From Armatimonadota bacterium (GTDB taxonomy: Bacteria > Armatimonadota > Hebobacteria > GCA-020354555 > CP070648), in contig CP070648.1 in the NCBI GenBank assembly GCA_020354555.1, positions 1,281,336-1,345,335 on the forward strand: a DNA stretch of 64,000 nt, written 5' to 3'. Made by a program: the position numbers and the translations under genes. The notes below the pieces were generated by a model. It did no database searches and was not told the origin of the DNA. It saw only the letters and a list, made by a program, of their open reading frames with translations. Every line of letters begins with the position of its first letter. The stretch's first letter is position 1. Positions 1 to 8,419 of this stretch are shown here, one piece after another.

Positions 1-584
1 GAACGCGGGCCACGCCGCGGCTCAAGTACGCACAGCCCGTGGAGGTTGAATGGCAAGGCGACCCGCCGAAGCCGGAATGGAACTGGTGGGATCCCAAGGG
101 CAAGCAACTCGTGACCCAGTGGCGGACGAGCCCTGCTGTGATTGATCTCAACGGCGATGGCCTCAACGACCTCGTGATGTTGGATCACGAGGGCTATCTC
201 GCGTTCTTCGAACGGCGTAAGGCCGCGGGCGAGTTGCAGTTGCTACCGGGCAGGCGCATGTTTTTCAACGAAGACGGCAGCCCGCTTCGATTGAACGCAG
301 GTCGCGCCGGCAAGAGCGGACGGCGCAAGGTCGTGCTCGTGGACTGGGATCGCGACGGCCGGCTTGATATCCTGGCTAACAGCGTCAACGTGGATTTCCT
401 GCGCAATGTATCGACTGATGGCGGCTACGTCTATCGCAACATGGGGCCGGTGGATGACATGATTCTCGCCGGGCACACCACGTGCCCGACCGTCGTGGAC
501 TGGGACGGGAACGGGGTGCCCGATCTGCTCGTGGGCGCGGAGGATGGATTTCTCTACTATCTGGAGAACCGTCACGGCTCCTAG
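1..584 (+). CDS. FG-GAP/VCBS-type repeat protein, C-terminal part. The ORF is open to the window start, so the 5' end is truncated by the window.
   Basis: Repeated Ca-binding-like D-x-D/N-x-D-G motifs (DLNGDGLNDL, DWDRDGRLD, DWDGNGVPDL) typical of FG-GAP beta-propeller blades. No stop between nt 1 and 38 in this frame. Confidence 0.6.
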   Translation, partial: TRATPRLKYAQPVEVEWQGDPPKPEWNWWDPKGKQLVTQWRTSPAVIDLNGDGLNDLVMLDHEGYLAFFERRKAAGELQLLPGRRMFFNEDGSPLRLNAGRAGKSGRRKVVLVDWDRDGRLDILANSVNVDFLRNVSTDGGYVYRNMGPVDDMILAGHTTCPTVVDWDGNGVPDLLVGAEDGFLYYLENRHGS

Positions 585-647
585 CCCGGGCGCGATGCGC
601 CGGATACGATCGAAGTCGCGGAGCCGCCGCGCAAGCTGGAGCGCACG

Positions 648-1115
648 ATGCCGAAAGAAGTGATGCGGCGCAAGGCCGCCGACAACGTGTACCTGCACAA
701 GGACTTCCACGGCGCATTGAGCGCGGGCATTGAGTACTTGCACGAGCGCTACGGCGACGAGGCGGTGCGCGAGTACCTGCGCGGATTCGCCGCGACCTAC
801 TATGGCCCGCTGATCGCGGCCCTGCGGGAGCGCGGGCTGATTGCACTGAAAGAGCATTTCGAGCGGATTTACGCGGCCGAGCAGGGCGACATTCGGGTGA
901 CCTGCTCCGACGACGAACTCCTGCTCGAGGTAGCGGCCTGTCCGGCTGTCAGCCACATGCGCGGGCGGAGCTACGCCGTCGCACGGCTGTTCTCGGAGAC
1001 GGGCAAGGCGGTTTACGAGGGCATCTGCGAGGGGACGCCGTTTGCGGTTGAGGTGCTGGAGCGCGACGATGCCACCGGCCGCAGCCGCGTGCGGTTCCAC
1101 AGGAGGGAGCTGTGA
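648..1115 (+). CDS. Hypothetical protein, paralog A of a Cys/His-containing pair. Possibly ATC-hydrolase-like, a weak recollection only.
   Basis: 155-aa ORF. Alignable to the next ORF (YLHERYGDEAV... vs YLEARGGREAV...; ...TCSDDELLLEVAACPA vs ...ITMHRCPSKGLL). Its stop overlaps the next start (GTGA at 1112-1115). Confidence 0.5.
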   Translation: MPKEVMRRKAADNVYLHKDFHGALSAGIEYLHERYGDEAVREYLRGFAATYYGPLIAALRERGLIALKEHFERIYAAEQGDIRVTCSDDELLLEVAACPAVSHMRGRSYAVARLFSETGKAVYEGICEGTPFAVEVLERDDATGRSRVRFHRREL

Positions 1116-1564
1116 TCCCCTGCACGGATTTCATTCCCGCCTACAGCGAGCTGTTCAAGTATCTGGAGGCCCGCGGCGGCCGGGAGGCGGTGTTGGACTT
1201 CTGGGACTATCTCTCGGACAACTTCCTGGGGAATCTCAGACAATTGGCCGAGCAGCGCGGGATTCGCGGTTGCTGGGACTACTGGACGCACACGCTCAAC
1301 GAAGAAGCCGCGGACTTCACGATGGAGTTGGACGAAGAGGCCGGTGAGTTCCGTATCACCATGCACCGCTGCCCGTCGAAGGGGTTGCTTCTGCAGTGCG
1401 AGCACATCAAACCGTACCGTGACTACTGCGGCCACTGCGATGTGCTCTACCGGCGCATCCTCGAGCCGCTCGGCTACGAGTGCTCGCTCGATATGTCGCG
1501 CTGCGACGAAGCCGCGTGCGTGTTTGAGGTGAAACGCAAGGGCCCTGCTGCCGCTGGCGGGTGA
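1112..1564 (+). CDS. Hypothetical Cys-rich protein, paralog B of the pair.
   Basis: GTG start at 1112 overlaps the upstream TGA. AGGAGGGAG RBS at 1101-1109. Cys cluster CPS...C...CGHC...C...C suggests metal binding. Confidence 0.5.
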   Translation: MIPCTDFIPAYSELFKYLEARGGREAVLDFWDYLSDNFLGNLRQLAEQRGIRGCWDYWTHTLNEEAADFTMELDEEAGEFRITMHRCPSKGLLLQCEHIKPYRDYCGHCDVLYRRILEPLGYECSLDMSRCDEAACVFEVKRKGPAAAGG

Positions 1565-1684
1565 GTGGCGGCACAGTATCTTTCCAGTTTTCTGGCGTCG
1601 CCGCCCAGGCACTTAGCTTGCGCGAGACTCCACGCTCGCCTTAGTCGCTTTGAGTGACAGCCTCCGGCCGGTCGCCCGCGCTTC

Positions 1685-2383
1685 TCACGGCTGGGCCTGT
1701 GCTTTCCTGCGGCTCAGTCTCGTCCTAACCGCATCGCTGGTCAGCTCGCGCAGGGCATCGGAGGCAACCCAGTTCGTCCTCCGCGGACTTGCGGCGAGAA
1801 TCTCGTTCGCCGTCCTGATGGCCTTTCGATTCAGACGAGGATTGCGCTTGCCGATTTGCCGCAGAGCCCAATTGATGGCTTTCCTGACGAAGTTTCTGTC
1901 GTCGCCGGCCTCGCGCTTGATGATGGGCAGGAAGCTTTCGAACGATTCATCGGTTGCGCCCTTGTCGTGGACGCTCAACGCGGCCATCAGGACGAACCCG
2001 GCGCGTTTGACGAACTCCTCGTCCCGCGCGCTCCATTCGAGCGCCTTCTCGTAGGCAAACGGTGTCTTGTCGAAGAGATTACTGCAGCACTGGTCGCACA
2101 CATCCCACGAATCAAAGTCCCTGACCCACCGCTCCATTTGCCGTTCCGTCACGAGCTTCGGGTCGTCAACCAGGCCGGCGAGTATGCGCGCGTCGTGGAT
2201 GTCTGAATCCCACAAGCGCTGCGCGAGACCGTGGTCGCGGCGGATCTCTTTCGCTATACGCCGCAGGGCAGGCATCGAGGCCCCGTACGTGTTGCGCGGG
2301 TTGATGCCGAACCGCGCCATGCCCTCGACCGCTCGCGGGTCGGCAAGCGACTTCAGGCGCTTCATGATCGCTTCGTATCGCAT
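1685..2383 (-). CDS. DNA alkylation repair enzyme (AlkD/AlkC-like HEAT-repeat glycosylase family).
   Basis: From the MRYEAIMKRLKSLADPRAVEGMARFGI... start. The pattern resembles the DNA_alkylation (pfam08713) family. ATG at 2383 was chosen over the longer Arg-rich N-terminal extension of the ORF. Confidence 0.55.
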   Translation of the reverse strand: MRYEAIMKRLKSLADPRAVEGMARFGINPRNTYGASMPALRRIAKEIRRDHGLAQRLWDSDIHDARILAGLVDDPKLVTERQMERWVRDFDSWDVCDQCCSNLFDKTPFAYEKALEWSARDEEFVKRAGFVLMAALSVHDKGATDESFESFLPIIKREAGDDRNFVRKAINWALRQIGKRNPRLNRKAIRTANEILAASPRRTNWVASDALRELTSDAVRTRLSRRKAQAQP

Positions 2384-2497
2384 CTGTCTTCGACGGCGCT
2401 GATGGTGCGCACTCCCCGGAACATTTCTCGGCTTCGCCGGGGCATGACATCCGACCAGCCGCCGGGCCATGGCCGGGGGCGGCGTGGAACGACGGCG

Positions 2498-4927
2498 CTA
2501 CACCCCGCGCCTCGTCCCGGTTGATCGGTGGCACAGTCCCGCCAGTGCGCAGCCCAGTAGGAGCATGAGGATGCCCACTGCGGTTGCGCGAGGGGCGTGA
2601 GACGCGAGTGCCACCGCGTCATCTGTCGGCTCAGCAGCGTCGTCGCCTACCGAGCTGGCGTGCCGGTCTCCGAGCAGTTCGTCAAGCTCCTGCTCCGTGA
2701 ACACATCCTTGCCTTCGTCGCCGATCTGTATCGCCTGGCCATTCGTCACCACAAGCACGCGCGGGCCCTGGGAGAAATACTGATTCAGCTCCGGCCGCCT
2801 TCGCGTCAACTGGAAGTAGGCCTCGCTGTAGGCTTTCACTTGCACCACCTGTTGCACGCCTTCCTTGTACCGCGCGTCCTCCCAATTCCCGCCGCGATTG
2901 AAGAAAGCCTGGTTGTTGCGCGTCTGCGCTTGCTCATATCGGAAGGCATCCCCAGCGCGGTCGAGCTGCACGTTCTGCGCGGCGAGGTTGGACTGACTCC
3001 TGAGCATCTGCGCGTTCTGCCTCTGCGACGTCGCCCACGACCCGACCGGGCCCGCCGGCCCCGCGGCCCCGGCCGGCCCCTTCAGGCCTGCGTCCACGTT
3101 GCTCATGGTGATGCTCCGCGCCTCTTCGAATTCGATTCGGCTCCCTTCCTCAGCCAGGAATGCCGTGTACTCGGTCAGGATGCCGTATCGTGTGCTCAGC
3201 GCGATTACCTCGTCAACCAGTTCCTTCTCTTCGCCGTGCACCATGATCTGATCGAGCAGCCAGCCGATCTTCCTGCTTGCCCATAATGGGGCAATGTAGT
3301 CGTGCTCGCGCTGCGATGTCGGGAACCGCACCGACGTCGCGAATCGCTTGCGCTCAGGCGAGGCGTAGCCGGTCAGTGAGACTTTGGCCATCACCGGCTT
3401 CTCGGCGCGGTAACGCCCGAACACGAGCAGCTGCGACCCGGCGAACAGGTCCGGCATTTCCGCAGGAAACACGTCATAGGTCTCGACTTCGGCGACGTCC
3501 AGCGCCACCCGGGTCAGCACCGGCTGGGCGACCTTCGCGAAGAAGCGCGAAACCTTGACTTCGATGTCTTCCTTGGGCCGCACGTACTCCGTCACCCCTC
3601 CGTTGTTCTGAGCGAGCTGCTCCAGGAAGATCGTGTTGACGTCGTAGCCCGCACCGAAGACGAACAAGCGGGCTCGCCGATCGCCGCCCTGCGCGTTCCA
3701 TTTCTCGACGTCTTTCGCAATCGTGCCGATGTCCGTCTGCCCGACCGTCGGCAATCCGTCGGTCAGGAACACGACATAGCTCGCGCGCTTGTCGTCGAAA
3801 TCCATCCCAAGCGCCGTGTCCAGCGCGGAGTGGATGTCCGTCCCGCCGCCCGCGGTCATGTCCTCCACGAGCTTCCGCGCCTCGCGCACGTTCTCGCGCG
3901 AGGCCGGCTTCAGCCGGTTGCCGACCCCGTGCACCCTCACGGTATTGCTGAAAGTGATGATGCGGAACCGGTCGTTCTCATTGAGACTGTTGAGACAGAA
4001 CGCCAGCGCGCCCTTCGCCTGCTCGATCTTCTCCCCCGACATGCTTCCGGACTGGTCGAGCACGAACGCGACATCTTTGGGCTGCACATCCTTCCTCGCG
4101 AGCTGCGGCGACGGCGCGGCCATGACGAGGAAGAAGCCATCCTCCCCCGATTCCTTGTAGGTCAACACGCTCGTACCGACGTCCTTCTCAGATACCGTAT
4201 AGTGCAGGACGAGATCGAGGCTCGGCCTTGTGCCGTGCTCCTCGAGGGTGGCGAAAGCCGTGTGCGCGTCTGCTTTGTCCACTTGCATCTCGTGGGTGGG
4301 GGAGTACACTGCGCGAATGGGTGTCCTGGACTCGACCTTGATCGCCACGCGCACTTCCTCGATCGGCGCGGACGAGAACTTCTCCGTGCTCAGCGGATAG
4401 ACGTAGCTCACGACGCCGCTGTCGTACGCGAGAAGCTCAGTGTACTCCATCTGAATGCGCTTCGTGCCATGTGCTGGAATCGGGAACACGCGCACGCGAT
4501 ATGTGTCCCTCCCGACGTACTCCAGCAGCGCCGGGTCGCGGCGCTTTCTCACGATGCTCTCGTAGATCTCACGGGCCTTGTCTCGGTTGAGGAGTTCCGC
4601 GTGCAGCGGCTGTCCTTGGTCGTAGAGCGTGAACTCGCGCACCGACGCGCCGTGCGGCAGAGGGAAGACATACACCGCCTCCTGCTCTCGACCGGAGCGG
4701 TTCTCGAAAACCTGGTCAATCTTCGTGGTCGCCGCTTGGCCCTCGATGGTGACGTCCACGCGGTGGTACTTGACCGCGAAATTGGGGGCGTCGGGACGCT
4801 CGGGAATGAGGATGCCGTCCGCGGGTGCAGGAGTCGCGCCGCCCAAGACCACCAGTGCGGCCAGCATGGCGGCCAGGCCGACCCCACGCCGCATGCCGAA
4901 AGCCTTCAGGAACACGTTGCGAGACAT
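2498..4927 (-). CDS. Secreted VIT-domain / von Willebrand factor A-domain protein with C-terminal hydrophobic anchor.
   Basis: N-terminal signal peptide and VIT-like region. vWA MIDAS motif DQSGSMSG...TDG. Short collagen-like GPAGAAGPAGPVG stretch. C-terminal TM helix AVGILMLLLGCALAG followed by basic residues. GAGGAGGGG RBS 6 nt upstream of the ATG at 4927. Confidence 0.7.
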   Translation of the reverse strand: MSRNVFLKAFGMRRGVGLAAMLAALVVLGGATPAPADGILIPERPDAPNFAVKYHRVDVTIEGQAATTKIDQVFENRSGREQEAVYVFPLPHGASVREFTLYDQGQPLHAELLNRDKAREIYESIVRKRRDPALLEYVGRDTYRVRVFPIPAHGTKRIQMEYTELLAYDSGVVSYVYPLSTEKFSSAPIEEVRVAIKVESRTPIRAVYSPTHEMQVDKADAHTAFATLEEHGTRPSLDLVLHYTVSEKDVGTSVLTYKESGEDGFFLVMAAPSPQLARKDVQPKDVAFVLDQSGSMSGEKIEQAKGALAFCLNSLNENDRFRIITFSNTVRVHGVGNRLKPASRENVREARKLVEDMTAGGGTDIHSALDTALGMDFDDKRASYVVFLTDGLPTVGQTDIGTIAKDVEKWNAQGGDRRARLFVFGAGYDVNTIFLEQLAQNNGGVTEYVRPKEDIEVKVSRFFAKVAQPVLTRVALDVAEVETYDVFPAEMPDLFAGSQLLVFGRYRAEKPVMAKVSLTGYASPERKRFATSVRFPTSQREHDYIAPLWASRKIGWLLDQIMVHGEEKELVDEVIALSTRYGILTEYTAFLAEEGSRIEFEEARSITMSNVDAGLKGPAGAAGPAGPVGSWATSQRQNAQMLRSQSNLAAQNVQLDRAGDAFRYEQAQTRNNQAFFNRGGNWEDARYKEGVQQVVQVKAYSEAYFQLTRRRPELNQYFSQGPRVLVVTNGQAIQIGDEGKDVFTEQELDELLGDRHASSVGDDAAEPTDDAVALASHAPRATAVGILMLLLGCALAGLCHRSTGTRRGV

Positions 4928-5210
4928 CTTACCCCTCCTCGATGGGGCCCGGGCGTTGCCGAAGCGCGCTCACGAACCCCATTCCAGAGGAGTTCCGGCG
5001 GCGCGGCGCTCTGCGCCACGCATCCAACAGCCGAAACCCCTTGAGATCGCACTATCCATTTGACCTCTAGCAGGGGCAGAAGGTTCCAGGGATTCTGGCA
5101 TTGCGCACGTGGAGGGGGCAACGACAGGCAATCCGAGGACTGACGGCTAGCCGGCCACGGCGCACAAGTGCTCGGCGTGCCTCAGGCTGCTTGCCGGCGG
5201 GCTGTGGGCC

Positions 5211-6476
5211 TTACTGCGGCACTTCGAGGTCAGCCAGCCATTCGTCCGTGATGCGCTTGCCGAGGAGGAAGAACTTGCGGTCGGGGTGCCACAGGACGTT
5301 GTTGCTGTTGCGCGTCGTGAAGCTCGTGTAGACTCCGATGTCGGTGCGCTTGAGCGGCCCGATCCCCGCGCCGTCATTGTCCATGAGCTGCTTCGACTCG
5401 CTGAACCAGATCGGCTGCTCGGCGCGCGGACGATACTTGCCCAGCGCGATGAAGGCCGGGCGCCGGTTGCGGCCGGATTCCTCGGGCTGGCTGCCCTCGA
5501 AGCGCCCGTCATTGTTGTGGTGCAGCAGAACGTAGCGCCCGTCGGGAAGCTCGTATATGGGGCAACAGCACAGCGGCTCCAAGATGGGCTGCCCATGATC
5601 GCGCCGCAGCAAAGGCGCCGGACTGCGCCATGTCCTCCCGTCGTCGTCGGACACGCTGTACCAGATGTACCCGCTCATCGTGCGCATGGTGCAGAACAGC
5701 CGCTGGTCGGGAAGGCGAACAAGGCTCGGCTCCTGCGCGACGCTCAGCATCGGCTTGTCGTAGTATGGAACGCACAGCGCCTCGTCGCCCCACGCCGAGT
5801 ACTCGACGTTGATGTCCTTCGGCTCGGGGTTGTCATCAATATTCGTGAAGCGCATGAACTCGACGACCGACTCCCACGCGCACCAACTGTTCTTGTGCGG
5901 CGGCGTGCGCACCGCCTTGCTCACCCACCGCGTGAATCCCGTGAACCAGCCACCGTGCAAGTCGCGAATCGGTTTCTGCCACACGATCCAGTTCGACGGC
6001 ACCTTGGGATCGGGGTCGTCGTGCGGGCTGCGCGGCATCGGGATCGTCTGCGGCGACGACCAGCTCTTGCCCATGTCGTCGCTGTAGACGCAGTCCATCG
6101 TGCCCGTGATCTGATGGAGCACGTCGTCAATCCCGTGGTACTGGTTGTAGATCACGTAAATGCGGCCGGAGCGCGACACGATCGGGAATCCCCAGCTTGC
6201 CATGTAACCCTCGCCCGGCTTCATCGGACCGACCAGGCGCTCCGGCGCGATCCACGTCGCCCCTTCGTCGTCCGACCGCGAGAAGACGATGCGATGATCC
6301 CCCGCCCCCTCGTGGCTGCTCTGGGTCCACACCGCCATGAGCGATCCGTCCGGGCCGTCGAAGACGAGGAAGTGCTCGTTCCCCGTATCATAAGTGGAGC
6401 CGTCCACCGACCCCGGCCTGTAAACCACATAGTCCGGCTTGGTGCGCTGGATTTCAACATCGAGATCGACGTCCAT
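5211..6476 (-). CDS. BNR/Asp-box repeat glycosidase, sialidase (GH33)-like. No signal peptide.
   Basis: Three S-x-D-x-G-x-T-W Asp-box motifs (SRSDDEGATW, YSDDMGKSW, SVSDDDGRTW). The length of ~420 aa fits a six-bladed propeller. Confidence 0.65.
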   Translation of the reverse strand: MDVDLDVEIQRTKPDYVVYRPGSVDGSTYDTGNEHFLVFDGPDGSLMAVWTQSSHEGAGDHRIVFSRSDDEGATWIAPERLVGPMKPGEGYMASWGFPIVSRSGRIYVIYNQYHGIDDVLHQITGTMDCVYSDDMGKSWSSPQTIPMPRSPHDDPDPKVPSNWIVWQKPIRDLHGGWFTGFTRWVSKAVRTPPHKNSWCAWESVVEFMRFTNIDDNPEPKDINVEYSAWGDEALCVPYYDKPMLSVAQEPSLVRLPDQRLFCTMRTMSGYIWYSVSDDDGRTWRSPAPLLRRDHGQPILEPLCCCPIYELPDGRYVLLHHNNDGRFEGSQPEESGRNRRPAFIALGKYRPRAEQPIWFSESKQLMDNDGAGIGPLKRTDIGVYTSFTTRNSNNVLWHPDRKFFLLGKRITDEWLADLEVPQ

Positions 6477-6547
6477 GCTCGCATACCTCGTTTGAATTCG
6501 CGATGTCGCCCGGGCGCATCTCGCGCGCGGACGAGCGGCGGCGTCGT

Positions 6548-8419
6548 CTATTTCGGAGCCTCTCGTCTCAGCGGCAGGAGAGGCAGCGCGCGCGCGAGGG
6601 CGTCCGCATCATCTTCGAGCAGGAACACGAACACCTTCATGCCCGCGCGGTTCACCTCGCCGGTGTCGCGATCCGTGAAATCGCTCCGCCCGTCGGCGAC
6701 GTAGACCAGGCCGTCCGAGACGGCAATCCCCCGCGGGTCATTGGAAAACGGCCCGAGATGCCAGAAGCCTCGAAGCTCCTGCAACTCGGAATCCATTTCC
6801 AGGAATCCGCTGCGATGGTTGCGCCAGTTCTGGTTCCCCACATAGGCGGAAAACGTCGCGAACACGCGGCGCTGCGTCTCGTCCGTCCCGATCCCCGCGA
6901 TGTGATCCCCAAAGCCCTCGAAACGCGGGATCACGGGATCACCAAGTGGGGCCAAGGTCTCGGCCGTCACCTGATAGATCTTCGTGCGCCCCGCCGCCAG
7001 CAACAGCCTGTCGTCAATCGCCTCCATGCCCTCCACGGCGCCGATCGCCTGCGTACTCCAGCGCCGCAGGACCTGCCCCTGCGCCGCATCATCGAGCGAC
7101 AGGGAATAGATGCGTTTGCCGTCGTCGTCCGCGAGCAGCAGCACGTCTTCGCCGTTGACGCGGACGACGTCCAGGCCCTCAGGTCCCGGCGCGGTGAGCG
7201 TGCTGCCCGGGAACGGACTGGTCGGGATCGCGCGCGCCACCCGCCCGGTGCGCCGGTCAAGTGCATAGATCAGATGCGCGTTGTCATCGGCCACATAGAC
7301 GCGCTCGCCGAGCACAGTCACGCCCTCCGCGTCTTCGCCCATGGTGCCGTCCGTCGTCGGCCGCAAGTTGTAGATCCCGACCAGGAGCGGCACGCGCACC
7401 GGCAGCTCGTGGGAAGTCCGGGCGGCGCCGCGTTCCACCACACCCGCGACGGTCCTGGGATATGCGTTCGGGGCTTCGAAGACGCTCGCGTAATTGGCGC
7501 TCACACTCGCCTCGCCGGCGTTCGAGAAGACGTTTGCGGCAGCATAGACGGCGGTCCTGGACATCTCTCCCGTGTGCTGTTCGGCGCCGTGCGCGACGAA
7601 CCCCACGCCGAAGCGGCGGTTCGCGCTGAACGTGCAGTTCTGGACGCAGAGCACGTTGTAGTCGCCGCCCTCGACCGGAGAGTTGATGATCTCGACGCCG
7701 TCCTCGCCGTTGCCGTTGAACCGGCTGTCAAGGATGAGCGCATGCGTCCGCGTCGCGAGGCGAATCTCGATGCCGTCGTCGCCGTTGTCTGAGAACGCGC
7801 AGCCGTGGACGAGCACGCCCGCGTCCCCGTCGTAGTCCAGGCCGTCATCGCGGTTATCAACTAATCGGCTGGCGAGGATAGCCCCCTGAGTTGATTCGAG
7901 GTCAACGCCGTCGCCGTTACCAGTGACGAGACACCTCCGCATCAGCAGCACGGTATTGAAATCGTTATCGAACCCGACCCCGTCTGACGCGTTGCCTGCG
8001 ATGTGACAGTTCTCGATATCCAGCGACGCTCCGGCCCGGAGCAGTATCCCCGTCTCTCCGTCTCGAATGGTGAGACCGGCCATGCGGGAATGTCCCGTCA
8101 CCGTCACCACGGCGCCGTCGCCGGCTGCTTCGCCCGTGATTACGCACGTCTCCGCGTCTTCGCCGATGAGGTGGATCGCCGACGGCAGCACTACCCGCTC
8201 TCGATACGTGCCGGGCGCCACCAGTATCGTATCGCCCGCCGCCGCGGCCTGCACGGCCCCGCCGATCGTCTTGAAGTCGTCGGGCACACGACGCATCGCC
8301 GCCTGGCATACCGTACACGCGAGCCCCGAGATGGCCAGAACGAAGAGGTGTCGCACGACACGGCTCCGGAAATGCGATCGACGCATCGCCACAGCGCAAG
8401 CCGTCAGCCGTCTAGTCAT
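6548..8419 (-). CDS. Secreted right-handed parallel beta-helix (pectate-lyase/NosD-like) protein with a C-terminal beta-propeller-like domain.
   Basis: Repeated ..G.DG... beta-helix turns (NGDGVDLE, DNGDDGIEI, GNGEDGVEI). Signal-peptide-like MTRRLTACAVAM.../LFVLAISGLA. The start is ambiguous (8419 or 8386); 8419 avoids overlap with the upstream gene's stop. Confidence 0.55.
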   Translation of the reverse strand: MTRRLTACAVAMRRSHFRSRVVRHLFVLAISGLACTVCQAAMRRVPDDFKTIGGAVQAAAAGDTILVAPGTYRERVVLPSAIHLIGEDAETCVITGEAAGDGAVVTVTGHSRMAGLTIRDGETGILLRAGASLDIENCHIAGNASDGVGFDNDFNTVLLMRRCLVTGNGDGVDLESTQGAILASRLVDNRDDGLDYDGDAGVLVHGCAFSDNGDDGIEIRLATRTHALILDSRFNGNGEDGVEIINSPVEGGDYNVLCVQNCTFSANRRFGVGFVAHGAEQHTGEMSRTAVYAAANVFSNAGEASVSANYASVFEAPNAYPRTVAGVVERGAARTSHELPVRVPLLVGIYNLRPTTDGTMGEDAEGVTVLGERVYVADDNAHLIYALDRRTGRVARAIPTSPFPGSTLTAPGPEGLDVVRVNGEDVLLLADDDGKRIYSLSLDDAAQGQVLRRWSTQAIGAVEGMEAIDDRLLLAAGRTKIYQVTAETLAPLGDPVIPRFEGFGDHIAGIGTDETQRRVFATFSAYVGNQNWRNHRSGFLEMDSELQELRGFWHLGPFSNDPRGIAVSDGLVYVADGRSDFTDRDTGEVNRAGMKVFVFLLEDDADALARALPLLPLRREAPK

